From: a virus | IMG/VR virus record: IMGVR_UViG_3300044522_000126 | Location: 2,492 to 66,491 of that record | DNA length: 64,000 nucleotides | Reading direction: 5' to 3' (one strand) | Shown here: piece by piece, positions 54,818 to 64,000 of the stretch | Layout of the letters: each line of letters begins with the position of its first letter | How positions within the stretch are numbered: the stretch's first letter is position 1 | Notes under the pieces: model-generated | What the model was told of the DNA's origin: nothing | What the model saw: the letters and a program-made list of their open reading frames with translations, nothing else | Database searches by the model: none | Program-made: the position numbers and the translations under genes

Positions 54818-54838
54818 AATTTTATTTAATTAAATTGA

Positions 54839-54859
54839 TATACTGTATATATCACCTGT
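54839..54859 (-). promoter_or_regulatory. Putative late promoter motif (ACAGGTGATATATACAGTATA)
   Basis: Variant of the shared motif, directly upstream of groEL. Confidence 0.55.
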
Positions 54860-54874
54860 TTCAAGACGTTTTTA

Positions 54875-55006
54875 CTAACCTTGTCCCTTATACTTCTTCT
54901 TATACAACTTAGAAGTTTTTATTTTTGAAGTCTTTGTTTTAGCATGAACGCCAGGTCTTGATATGTCTTTTACAACAGCTTTAGTAACGACAGTCTGTTT
55001 CGCCAT
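54875..55006 (-). CDS. Small basic protein (RPGVHAK...KKYKGQG)
   Basis: Manual translation, 43 aa; common phage K.Y.GQG C-terminus. Confidence 0.65.
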   Translation of the reverse strand: MAKQTVVTKAVVKDISRPGVHAKTKTSKIKTSKLYKKKYKGQG

Positions 55007-55458
55007 AATAAATATAGTATTAATATTAATATTAACCAATAAAATAAAAACCAATAATTTGTTTTTTTATCTATTATCTTTGTTTTACCAGTTGTTTGTT
55101 CTTTTACTTGTATCTTAGTAGTTGCTACTGAGTCTTTACGTTTAATATTAGACTCTGTTTTATTGTTTACATATAAAGTATTAACTTTAGTTTTTTTGAT
55201 CTTTAAAACAACGTTTTTATAACTTTTACCATCAACAACAATTACTTTACTTGAATCTATAGGAGTTATAATAGTTTCACTAGAATCAGTAGTTATATTT
55301 ATGTTTGTAGAATCTGTTTTTATTTCTTTTTCTATAGTTGTAACTACAACTTTTGCTTCTACAATACTATCTTTTTTAACATCAGTTTTATTTATATTTA
55401 CTTTTCTACTAGCACAGGAAGTTAACAATATAAGTAGTATTAATATAATTTTCTTCAT
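54970..55458 (-). CDS. Lipoprotein with C-terminal TM helix: unimolecular spanin candidate
   Basis: Lipobox LLTSC, beta-rich middle, C-terminal WFLFYWLILILILYLLW; next to endolysin. Confidence 0.7.
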   Translation of the reverse strand: MKKIILILLILLTSCASRKVNINKTDVKKDSIVEAKVVVTTIEKEIKTDSTNINITTDSSETIITPIDSSKVIVVDGKSYKNVVLKIKKTKVNTLYVNNKTESNIKRKDSVATTKIQVKEQTTGKTKIIDKKTNYWFLFYWLILILILYLLWRNRLSLLKLL

Positions 55459-55844
55459 TATGATATAATAGTTAATGTTATATTTTTAGCGGTTTGCATT
55501 TTTTTAAACAACTTGTCAAAAGCTTTCCTAGATTGGCCTATGTAGTTTTTATTTCTAGTTTGCCCAACTAATATGCATCCTTCGGTATCGTGATTAGAAT
55601 TACCACTATGGATACGGACACCCTCAAAATTAGGGACATCGATCAATAAAGGCAATAATCTTTTAAACCTATTAGATTGGTTTATAATCACTCTATATGT
55701 TCCTTTAGGTATTGCCGTTTCCCCTTTAATCTTAACAGGTCTTTCTTTGTCTTCTAAAGTGAAGCATTCAAATACACCGTCAATAAGCATTTCCCCTATT
55801 GTAGAATTCTCAGTCTTGTAAAGTCTCTTTACTGTTATTACCAT
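55458..55844 (-). CDS. DUF5675-family putative endolysin (L,D-transpeptidase-like)
   Basis: FTLED, AIPKGTY, VPNFEGVRIHSGN..DTEGCILVG. Confidence 0.8.
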   Translation of the reverse strand: MVITVKRLYKTENSTIGEMLIDGVFECFTLEDKERPVKIKGETAIPKGTYRVIINQSNRFKRLLPLLIDVPNFEGVRIHSGNSNHDTEGCILVGQTRNKNYIGQSRKAFDKLFKKMQTAKNITLTIIS

Positions 55845-56007
55845 TTTTTTTATTTAATCTAATTAATATCCAATCATATATTTTCATACTAGTATACACT
55901 ATTGATATTAATAGTAATAGTATTTTTAATGTAGTCTCCAATCTTGTAAAGCTTAAGTAAATAGTTAAAGCATTTAATATGTATAAGCGTATTGATCCCT
56001 GGTCCAT
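55810..56007 (-). CDS. Putative holin
   Basis: 65 aa with TM helix and basic C-terminus, upstream of endolysin. Confidence 0.6.
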   Translation of the reverse strand: MDQGSIRLYILNALTIYLSFTRLETTLKILLLLISIVYTSMKIYDWILIRLNKKNGNNSKETLQD

Positions 56008-56189
56008 TATCTTTTTAGTTTATTAACAATGTCCGTAAATCCTTGGATGCCTATATAAGCAGTGGCTATTATAACCCAATCAGACGAGGTTAAGTATCCC
56101 GAAAATAATCCAGCGCATGCTACAATAAAAACAGATAGTTTTCTACTAACCCATTTATTTATTAATATATCTAATTGTTCTTTACTCAT
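56007..56189 (-). CDS. Putative holin/antiholin (2 TM)
   Basis: SRKLSVFIVA...WVIIATAYIGIQG..D. Confidence 0.65.
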   Translation of the reverse strand: MSKEQLDILINKWVSRKLSVFIVACAGLFSGYLTSSDWVIIATAYIGIQGFTDIVNKLKR

Positions 56190-56191
56190 TA

Positions 56192-58435
56192 CTATTTAGC
56201 TTTTAAAATTTCAATCTCTGCTTTTAATTCTTTAATTGCGTTTATCATAACAGGTATAAGTTGATCATATCTTAATCCTTTTATATCAGTTTCTTTATCG
56301 TGTATAAACCCGCCAAAATCTTTACCATCTAATGCCGCTTCAACTTCTTGAGCAATTAAACCATAATGCGTTCTTTTACCCTCTATTGGTGTAACTACTA
56401 TTTTTGTTTTTGGATTGCCTTCTTCATCTAGTCCATCAAGTTCGTTTGTAACTTCGTTTTTACCTACTTTCCATTTAAAAGAAACAGGTCTTAATTTAGA
56501 AATAAAGTCTAATCCTAAATCAGAATCAACAATATCTTTCTTTTCTCTTTCGTCCGAAGTTTGAATTGTTCCATTTGCTGCCCAAACTGCCGACCATCTA
56601 ATGCCACTTGCACCTAAAGAATAACTATTATCAATCCCTGGTTGTACTGTGCCGCCTTGTGTAACGCGCATTCTTTCTATAGGATTTGTAGGAAATGTTC
56701 CGGGAGAAGTCATAAATTTCAATGCCCCTCCTCCGTTATTACTTGCGCCCATGCTCCCGGTTGAAATAACCTCAATAGCTGCACTTGTGAACCCAACTAG
56801 AGCATCGGATTTACCTGTAAATTGTATTCTACCTAATAAACTATCGGCTACTATGTTTGTATTAAGATTTCTTATATCTATAACCCCACCAACATTACTA
56901 AATGGGTTAGCTACTACAAGTTGTGGAGTAGAACCATAAGTAGGGGCGCCCACTGTAGTTGTTCCAATTAACGTTTGCCCTCTTAATATAGTAGTTAAAA
57001 TACTTCCATTACCTAATACAACAGTATTTGAACCCAAACCACTTGCATTGTAGCCTATAACTATTTCATTTTGATTGTCATCTAAAGAAGGTTTGGTGTC
57101 ATTTCCTATATATATAGAAAAATCACTTGTGGTATTTTGATTTCCGGAAGCAGTTAATAAACCCGCATTAACTCCAATACCTATGTTTTGGTTCCCCGTA
57201 AGAATATTTCCAAGGGCGGTTCTGCCAAAAGCGTTATTTTTATTAGCTGAAGTAGCTAGATAAAGAGTTCTGTATCCAAAGGCAGAATTTTCATTTCCGC
57301 TAAGGCTTGTTTGTAAACTTTCTGAACCTACCGATGTATTTGTATTACCCGTTGTGTTTGTCTGCATTGCTTTAAACCCTACGGCTGTATTATTGTTTGC
57401 CGTATTACTGTTTAAGGCTAAATTACCTATTGCCGTAATTTGGGTTCCTGTTACATTTGCAGAAAGAGCATCCTTGCCCACCACAGTATTTGTTGCCAAG
57501 TTGCCACTTCCCCTTCCAATTTTTAACCCACTAATTGTAGAATCAATAGTTGTAGTTATAGAGTTTGCAGTTGTATCGCCGTTATTAGCAACTTTAAATA
57601 CTGTTGAATCTACACCTAAAGTATATTTACGCGCTATAAAATAATCTCCTGTATGAGCATCAAAACTGCTTGTCTCAAAACCACGAGAGGTCCCTGATGT
57701 AGCAGTCAAGTCAGCAAAAAATCCAATATTATCTTCACCCGCAGTATTTGCTAAAAATCCAACAACTGAACCTATTAAAGTACCTGGCGTCTGACCATTT
57801 ATATTTGCAACAAACGCATCAGGCGCAGGTTGATAAGTTGGATATACGCCTGTTTGAGTAGGGATCGTAACTGATATTCCATTTTGAAATACTGTAGATT
57901 CATTCGCTAAAGTAATATCAATACCCTTCGCCACAGTTGTTGGAACTACAATTGTGTTACCAACATTTATAACTTGCTGTAAACTTGGTATATCGCTAGT
58001 TAAAGCGATAGTTCCCGATGCATCCGGTAATTGATATGTTCTACTCGCTGTTATAGCGGTTGCGCCCACGAAAGCTTCAAAAGCATTTGGAAAAAATGAA
58101 ATACCTTCTCTACTAATCAAGTTTGTAGGAACACCAAAAGCATCATAAAAACCAAAATTAGAATCATATAATCTTACTTTACCATACTGTAATTCTGTAG
58201 TATCATATAAATATAATTCCCCTATCTTAGCATCTAATAAAGATGTATTCCCGTTAGTTAAAACTTGGTTTAAGTTGTTACTAGGGCTTGTTAATATAAA
58301 AGTTGTTAAACTTCCTATTGATAAACTTTTAGTCTGATTTCTAGGTTTACCGCCGACTAAAGCGGTACTTGTACATACTATTATATCTGTTGATAGTATG
58401 TTATTATTTGGTGGGTAACTATATATTATTGCCAT
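56192..58435 (-). CDS. Tail fibre with C-terminal intramolecular chaperone (peptidase S74)
   Basis: NTAVG/NTSVG/NSAFG beta-roll repeats; TSDEREKKDI...GLDFI..LRPV.F.W...GLIAQEV...LRYDQLIP. Confidence 0.9.
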   Translation of the reverse strand: MAIIYSYPPNNNILSTDIIVCTSTALVGGKPRNQTKSLSIGSLTTFILTSPSNNLNQVLTNGNTSLLDAKIGELYLYDTTELQYGKVRLYDSNFGFYDAFGVPTNLISREGISFFPNAFEAFVGATAITASRTYQLPDASGTIALTSDIPSLQQVINVGNTIVVPTTVAKGIDITLANESTVFQNGISVTIPTQTGVYPTYQPAPDAFVANINGQTPGTLIGSVVGFLANTAGEDNIGFFADLTATSGTSRGFETSSFDAHTGDYFIARKYTLGVDSTVFKVANNGDTTANSITTTIDSTISGLKIGRGSGNLATNTVVGKDALSANVTGTQITAIGNLALNSNTANNNTAVGFKAMQTNTTGNTNTSVGSESLQTSLSGNENSAFGYRTLYLATSANKNNAFGRTALGNILTGNQNIGIGVNAGLLTASGNQNTTSDFSIYIGNDTKPSLDDNQNEIVIGYNASGLGSNTVVLGNGSILTTILRGQTLIGTTTVGAPTYGSTPQLVVANPFSNVGGVIDIRNLNTNIVADSLLGRIQFTGKSDALVGFTSAAIEVISTGSMGASNNGGGALKFMTSPGTFPTNPIERMRVTQGGTVQPGIDNSYSLGASGIRWSAVWAANGTIQTSDEREKKDIVDSDLGLDFISKLRPVSFKWKVGKNEVTNELDGLDEEGNPKTKIVVTPIEGKRTHYGLIAQEVEAALDGKDFGGFIHDKETDIKGLRYDQLIPVMINAIKELKAEIEILKAK

Positions 58436-58451
58436 TTATTTTTATTTATTA

Positions 58452-61400
58452 TTAATATACTTTTGTAAGAGTAAAATTCCTTGATAATATAGAGTTCCCT
58501 GCACTCGCGGTATTCCATTGAACAGTGACTACAAGAGTATTGTCAACCGTTGTGTTAAATGTCGTGTTATTAAGTGCACTTAAAACATATCCTTCAAACT
58601 GCGTACCGCCATTCCTAACATAAGAAAATAGTCCTCCTGATGAAATTGAAGCAACTCCTGCTCCGCCTAAAGTTCTAATCGTAAAATATAAAGTTAGTAT
58701 CCATGACTTACTTGTCGCAGCGGCCAAGTCAATAGGACCTGTGTCCGCTAGTAATACGCCGGATAAAGTCTTTACTCTAATTGTTACTTCTGATGAGCTT
58801 ATGCAAGTAATTAAACCGTCTAAAGAAGCTTGAAAAGAATACCCTATTTGAAATCCATTCGCCGGAACAGTTAATGTGCCAACTCCAGGACCTACTATTG
58901 TTGTTTCTACAGCTGTAGCAGTTACAGGTGTGCTATCAGCGGTTTGCGCATATAATCCGTAAGTACTGTTTGGCTTAACATTAGACCTGCTTTTTTCCAT
59001 CCATAATCCATAATTAGTATAGATGAATGATATTGTGTTTGCAGTTAAATTTATTGGTTGAACCCAATTAGAATCTAATCTGTATCCTGACGCGCCCGCA
59101 TTCCACGTTAAATTACCTAACGATGCACCAGTTGTATTAGTAATAACAAAACTAATTTCCTGGCCAACTCTTGCATTTGTTGGTGCATTGATTGTAAATG
59201 CATTTCCATCTGTTGGTGTAATATTTAACTTTCCATTTAATGGTAATACACTAGCATCTACATCAATAGACGGACTATATATAACCCCCGAACTAAATAC
59301 TGTTGGAATTTCTACTTCTGCTTTATAAAAATTAGAATCTTCAGTTATTCTAAATTTAGCTGCTGATTGCACAGCGATATATTTTCTAGAAACATCAGGA
59401 ATATAATCAATACCATTAATAAACGCATTACCTCTCATATCGATTGTAATGTACTTATCGGTAGGTGACACTTGCTGTAATAAAACATTATGAATAGTAA
59501 AATCAGTTGCTGAAATTCTATTAAAAGAACAAGATTGAATAACGCCAGCGCTTTCCATTAAAGCGCCATCAATCATTACTTTAATATCAGCATTTCCTAT
59601 ATTTCCTTCAAAATATACTCCATTAAAATTCCAAGCAGCTGCGCCTTGACTTCCTCCGTTATATATTGCAATAGCAGAAGAACCTGCAATTCCACAAGCC
59701 TCAACAGAACCTCCATACATATTAAAATTTGATGGATCGTCTAATCTTATACCCACCCCAGGTAATGATCCAAAAACACAAGACGTAAGCGTTAAAGCAT
59801 TTGGATTAGAACCGCCTGTTGAATCTGCGTAAAAACCCGCGGCTCCTGCCGGCCCAAATCTTGCTCTAACAGATGTAAACTGAGAAGACAAACAATTTCT
59901 TAATCTCCAATGCCTAAAAAAACCCTCCGAATAAATATTTTCGTAAGTTGCATAAGCCGAATTTAATAAAAGAAAAGCTATTCCATCACTAATAGGAGAT
60001 ACAGCAGTAAAATCTCTCCATACAGCTAAGGTATTTGTTGAAACACTAGCTCCATTCATTGTAAGCATTGCATTCTCTCCAGTTAGATAAGAGTATAAGA
60101 AAGTATTTTGAGGTCCATTTCCTTGTATTGTAACTTTTGGATATGTAATAAGCCCAGTGTTTAGTCTATAAATCCCACTATCTATCCTTAAAACTCCCCC
60201 AATTCCTGAGTTTAAATAATTAATAGCAGCCTGAAAAGCAGGAGAGTCATTATTTACACCGTCTCCTTTTGCTCCAAACATTTTAGGATCTACTTCTTTA
60301 TAGGTAAGACTGCTCGGTTCGTCTAAATAATAAGTATAATTTGAACCTTTTAAAACAAATACTATTTTGTAAATATCTACACCAGCTACTCCTACTATAC
60401 TAATACTTATAGGGCTACTACCACCGTTTATAGTATTAGGAACTTCTGAACCTCCTACAGATACATTTAAAACTCTTGTAACACCTATTGGAATATTTAA
60501 AAGATTAAATTCTCCCGTAACAGCATGGTCTATCCTAATATCCCCCATATATTCCATGTCATTAACAAGGTCAGCTAAAACTAAAAGCGTTGGATCAGTA
60601 ACAGTAGATACATCCCTAAAAACTTTAAAATCAGGATTGATTGGTTGTATAGTTGGAAAGTCATTTTGTGTACTAGAATATACATTTGACAATCTATCAC
60701 TTCCTCTCCAGGAATGAAATTTAACGCCTGTTTCCGGGGAAGCTACTCTAACGCCACTTGTCATTAAACATCCCTCAAAAACTATATTACTTTTTCTTCC
60801 TGAATAAACTGTTGGTTGATCAGCTATATTACCTTCGGTATGTATTCCGTAAAATGCACTTCTAATACTTAGCATTGTCACTGGGTTTATTCCGTCCATG
60901 TAAATGCCCCCAACACAAACGTTTGTCAAGTTGCCCTCTATTTCACCACCGTTAACCGTTACACCATATAATGATTGAATGGTTAGACTTGAACCATCTA
61001 ATCCAACCATGTTCAATGTTTTATAATCTATTGCTCCGTTGTCTGTATGTTTTTGATGTAAAATACCTCCCCCGGTACAATGCCACAGTTTAGTCTCAGG
61101 AAGTCCATTCCAAGCGGGCATGTTATAAAAATCACCAACATAATAAACATTAGTTGTACTTGGTTTTTTTACAATAGGGTAAGATTTATCTAAAATAACT
61201 ATAAAACCTGTTTTTATATTTAATGGCTCTGTAGTTGTTATTTCTCCAATATTATAAATATTTGTATTACTTACTTGAGCTCCTTTTATATACCCAGCTC
61301 TATATGTTTTACTTAATTCTCTACATTCAATAAAATTCCAAGCAATACCATTATTATTTCCTAAAGCTTCATAGTCAATACCCAAACTAAAATTATTTAA

Positions 61401-62063
61401 GTAAATCTTATCGAAACAAGTTCCTTTCGATCCATTTCTTATAACAATACCTCTTGATGTACCTAATCTATTAGTGCCTCTTAACGTTAAACTTCCAGTA
61501 TGCTTTATTCTACAACCATCAACTATTATCAAATCAACATCTGTAATTGCTTGTATTTGACAATCTGTAAAAATATCTATATCACCATTATCAAATGTAA
61601 TAGTATTTGAAAGAAAATTACCTTTTAATTCTAATTTATCACCGCTTGTTTCGCAGAAATTTATGGAGTTTTGCAAAGCTAAAGTGTCATTATTTACACC
61701 GTTTCCTTTTGCTCCAAACATATAAGGATCTATATCCGTATAATTTCTTTTAAAATATTCAAGACCTAATTCAAAATAAATAATTCCATCAACCACGGGG
61801 GTTCCAATTACTTTTGATAAAGTCATTTCCTCCCCTGTGTATTTATCTAAAATACCATATAACACATCATCTTTTCTTTGTGCTAAAGAAAGAGATTCAT
61901 TTGATTTAATCCATTTTGGAGTTACATTTGTATTTACAGCTAAATCAACTATATCCGATATTGAAAATGATTTTGTTGTATTACCATCGAAGTCAAATTG
62001 ATTACCTATTACCGTGTCTGATAATATGGGCGTTGCTATTGGATAACTATATATTATTGCCAT
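58452..62063 (-). CDS. Tailspike/depolymerase with two pectate-lyase-like beta-helix modules
   Basis: Two FGAKG.GVNND..A.Q..IN entry motifs. Confidence 0.85.
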   Translation of the reverse strand: MAIIYSYPIATPILSDTVIGNQFDFDGNTTKSFSISDIVDLAVNTNVTPKWIKSNESLSLAQRKDDVLYGILDKYTGEEMTLSKVIGTPVVDGIIYFELGLEYFKRNYTDIDPYMFGAKGNGVNNDTLALQNSINFCETSGDKLELKGNFLSNTITFDNGDIDIFTDCQIQAITDVDLIIVDGCRIKHTGSLTLRGTNRLGTSRGIVIRNGSKGTCFDKIYLNNFSLGIDYEALGNNNGIAWNFIECRELSKTYRAGYIKGAQVSNTNIYNIGEITTTEPLNIKTGFIVILDKSYPIVKKPSTTNVYYVGDFYNMPAWNGLPETKLWHCTGGGILHQKHTDNGAIDYKTLNMVGLDGSSLTIQSLYGVTVNGGEIEGNLTNVCVGGIYMDGINPVTMLSIRSAFYGIHTEGNIADQPTVYSGRKSNIVFEGCLMTSGVRVASPETGVKFHSWRGSDRLSNVYSSTQNDFPTIQPINPDFKVFRDVSTVTDPTLLVLADLVNDMEYMGDIRIDHAVTGEFNLLNIPIGVTRVLNVSVGGSEVPNTINGGSSPISISIVGVAGVDIYKIVFVLKGSNYTYYLDEPSSLTYKEVDPKMFGAKGDGVNNDSPAFQAAINYLNSGIGGVLRIDSGIYRLNTGLITYPKVTIQGNGPQNTFLYSYLTGENAMLTMNGASVSTNTLAVWRDFTAVSPISDGIAFLLLNSAYATYENIYSEGFFRHWRLRNCLSSQFTSVRARFGPAGAAGFYADSTGGSNPNALTLTSCVFGSLPGVGIRLDDPSNFNMYGGSVEACGIAGSSAIAIYNGGSQGAAAWNFNGVYFEGNIGNADIKVMIDGALMESAGVIQSCSFNRISATDFTIHNVLLQQVSPTDKYITIDMRGNAFINGIDYIPDVSRKYIAVQSAAKFRITEDSNFYKAEVEIPTVFSSGVIYSPSIDVDASVLPLNGKLNITPTDGNAFTINAPTNARVGQEISFVITNTTGASLGNLTWNAGASGYRLDSNWVQPINLTANTISFIYTNYGLWMEKSRSNVKPNSTYGLYAQTADSTPVTATAVETTIVGPGVGTLTVPANGFQIGYSFQASLDGLITCISSSEVTIRVKTLSGVLLADTGPIDLAAATSKSWILTLYFTIRTLGGAGVASISSGGLFSYVRNGGTQFEGYVLSALNNTTFNTTVDNTLVVTVQWNTASAGNSILSRNFTLTKVY
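60246..60292. repeat. 47-bp direct repeat, copy 1, within tailspike gene
   Basis: 44/47 identical to 61686-61732 (offset 1440 nt). Confidence 0.85.
61686..61732. repeat. 47-bp direct repeat, copy 2
   Basis: gtcattatttacaccgtttccttttgctccaaacatataaggatcta. Confidence 0.85.
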
Positions 62064-62074
62064 TGTTTATTTTA

Positions 62075-62464
62075 TTAACAGTTCCACTTGTCTAATGCAA
62101 GCTTTTTTCTTGTTGGTTCTCCGTTTGGTTTCTTCATTGGGCCTGGCATACCAGACATCCTAGCACAGAAAGATTTTCTGCGGTTAGCGTCTTTGCTACC
62201 AGGTTTTAATTCCGATGGTTTTTTTGTCACCGCTGTTTGTAGTTTACTCCCCGGGTTCTCTTTTCTGTAACTTGCAACACCTTTAGCGTTTAATCCTCCT
62301 TTAGGATCTTTGCCTTCTTTACGTGTCCATGCAGCAGTTTTATGTAATGGGCTACAACCACAATTACCATTGCAGCCACATCCTCTTCCACTCGCTTCTC
62401 CAACAGTGTAGCCGTTATTTTTACTTGTCCCTAGCCCTTGAGGACCTATACCTTTCATTTTCAT
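62075..62464 (-). CDS. Conserved basic phage protein (DUF6321-like)
   Basis: AWTRKEGK.PKGGLNAKG.ASY...RRKSFCARM...LALDKWNC. Confidence 0.8.
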   Translation of the reverse strand: MKMKGIGPQGLGTSKNNGYTVGEASGRGCGCNGNCGCSPLHKTAAWTRKEGKDPKGGLNAKGVASYRKENPGSKLQTAVTKKPSELKPGSKDANRRKSFCARMSGMPGPMKKPNGEPTRKKLALDKWNC

Positions 62465-62479
62465 GATACCTTATTTTAA

Positions 62480-62704
62480 TTATAAAACACTTATCATTAT
62501 ACCCGCAGGTAGTATTGTAGAAGTCATATCAAATATATCAAATCCACCATAAACCACCTGGTCTTTAATTTCTTTTCCCAATGCAAATAAACATACCACC
62601 CCAAATGCTATTGGATTAGATACAAATAAACACGCTATTATATATATGAAAAATCCATATATAAAATGATTTGCTTTGTCTTGTGGTATCAGTGGTAGTT
62701 TCAT
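62480..62704 (-). CDS. Small membrane protein (DK..HF...KE..D motif)
   Basis: Hydrophobic 74-aa ORF, QDKANHF...GKEIKD. Confidence 0.7.
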   Translation of the reverse strand: MKLPLIPQDKANHFIYGFFIYIIACLFVSNPIAFGVVCLFALGKEIKDQVVYGGFDIFDMTSTILPAGIMISVL

Positions 62705-63339
62705 TATGAGTATACTCTTATTTCGATTGGAGCACCTATCAACATGTCGTCCATACCACTTGGTGTCTCTATGGATATTTCATTAATATTCTGTAGATAC
62801 ATAATAAATACTGGGTCTCCAGTAGCATTTCCAAATTGTTGCCCACCAGCAAATCCGATGGTTTTATTAAATGTAAATAAACTAGCGCTATTCATTATAT
62901 ACATGCCATTTCCATTATAACTAAACCATACATTCCCAATAGTGTTCTCTAATACAGTTGCTACTGGAGCTCCTGGAGTGTAACCAAGCAGTCCATCAAT
63001 TCCCCAAGAATTTGGGTTTTCTCCTGTTGCAACAAAATAAGTAAATAAATCATTATTAGGTGCACCAACATTGGTAAAGTCCCATCCACTACCACCATTA
63101 TCTTCAATGTAATAAGTTGCTCCTATAATTAAAGGAGAACTACTAATTCCTTGTGCGGCCCCATCACTTCCACTCTGTGTTAATAAAGCAGTGAATACTT
63201 TGTAAGGTTTAACTGTATTAGATATATCCTCCATTGTGTACCACGTGTTAAGTTCTTTCAATGCTTGTGATCCTCCATAAGTTGTATTAACCGCTTCATT
63301 AGAAGTTAATATTTTTTGTGTACTAGGTATTATTGCCAT
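62704..63339 (-). CDS. Putative structural/fibre-associated protein
   Basis: YKVFTALLTQSG...PVATVLENTIG...IEIRVY; MAIIPS N-terminus shared with next gene. Confidence 0.7.
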   Translation of the reverse strand: MAIIPSTQKILTSNEAVNTTYGGSQALKELNTWYTMEDISNTVKPYKVFTALLTQSGSDGAAQGISSSPLIIGATYYIEDNGGSGWDFTNVGAPNNDLFTYFVATGENPNSWGIDGLLGYTPGAPVATVLENTIGNVWFSYNGNGMYIMNSASLFTFNKTIGFAGGQQFGNATGDPVFIMYLQNINEISIETPSGMDDMLIGAPIEIRVYS

Positions 63340-63349
63340 AACATTTTAT

Positions 63350-63934
63350 TTATGATTTTTCTATTTGAAATGATGATATGCAAGCTCTATCCGTTGATGT
63401 TGTTGTAACCTGTGTAATTATGTAAAAATTAGTTGCTGGAATTGCAACGCTATTGATTGCAAACGCTGAGTTAGATGTTGATGTTGATGCACTGGCTGTA
63501 AAATCCCTTCCGTAAAGTGTTGTGCCAGATACCCAAAAGAATCTATCTATAGGAATATATTGATTACCAATAGGGCCATTGTATCTACCTATCAAAGTTG
63601 CTCCGGATATTGTTGCCGCAGAATTTATATAAAATTCTATTGTCGCAATGGCAACGCTCGCCGCTGTCGTAGTTATAACAGCATTTAATTTCAATAAATC
63701 GCCATCTGTAAATATACTACTTGATATTGGCGCCGAAATGCTTTGCAAGGCACCAGCAGCGGTTTGATATGTTGTTGATGCTACTTTATATAGTGTTACA
63801 CTACCTACAGAATCAATCACATCCTGCATTGTGTACCATTGTTGCATAGCTTGTAAAGCTGCACTACCACCATATATTGTATTTGTTCTTTTATCGACCA
63901 TGAACACTTTCTCGTCACTTGGAATAATTGCCAT
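63350..63934 (-). CDS. Putative structural/fibre-associated protein
   Basis: MAIIPS...NT.YGGS.AL....WYTM.D N-terminal domain paralogous to 62704..63339. Confidence 0.7.
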   Translation of the reverse strand: MAIIPSDEKVFMVDKRTNTIYGGSAALQAMQQWYTMQDVIDSVGSVTLYKVASTTYQTAAGALQSISAPISSSIFTDGDLLKLNAVITTTAASVAIATIEFYINSAATISGATLIGRYNGPIGNQYIPIDRFFWVSGTTLYGRDFTASASTSTSNSAFAINSVAIPATNFYIITQVTTTSTDRACISSFQIEKS

Positions 63935-64000
63935 ATCTTTTTATTTATTTATTAATTATTTTGTACTGTATTTTTTACCACTCTCACTCTTTGTTCCATT

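Noticed and set aside
21564-57644. Plus-strand ORFs in the track opposite the structural genes (e.g. 21564, 24156, 29528, 47493, 56649, 57354)
   Set aside because: Antisense shadows of long - strand genes with Ser/Phe/Leu-biased composition and no motifs
1-64000. CRISPR array, diversity-generating retroelement, integrase or IS element
   Set aside because: No regularly spaced repeats and no reverse transcriptase, recombinase or transposase motifs; the 47-bp tailspike repeats are both in-frame coding and have no RT nearby
1-64000. Stop-codon reassignment as in some crAss-like phages
   Set aside because: Long genes are intact in the standard code, and TAA, TAG and TGA all terminate tightly packed ORFs

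Overview
AT-rich dsDNA tailed-phage genome segment, most likely a podovirus-type phage of a Bacteroidota/Flavobacteriia host, with crAss-like structural gene architecture. The standard genetic code fits and Shine-Dalgarno signals are not evident. The + strand (1-20271) carries small early genes, a MoxR AAA+/VWA pair, a sigma70-family factor, an ERF/exonuclease/SSB recombination module, a T7-like primase-helicase, a ThyA-fold enzyme with the dCMP-type Asp, MazG-like pyrophosphatases, endonuclease I, class II RNR and a 2OG-Fe(II) oxygenase. No DNA polymerase is seen. The - strand (63934-20369) carries tail fibres/spikes, a lysis cassette, GroEL/GroES, terminase, portal, capsid, tail ring/nozzle proteins and ejected proteins, ending in a 2700-aa polyvalent protein. 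Main observations: (i) the 2700-aa protein appears to carry an HExxH peptidase, a sigma-region-2-like module and an ART-like module, delimited by repeated KFSL motifs; (ii) a three-copy early promoter-like motif CGGACT-N17-GATAAT and a separate five-copy late-type motif; (iii) three tRNA mimics that keep only the acceptor stem and T-arm, plus two GC-rich structured-RNA islands; (iv) a probable cytosine-modification pathway; (v) repeat-bounded swappable modules. All family assignments come from motif recognition by eye, not database searches.
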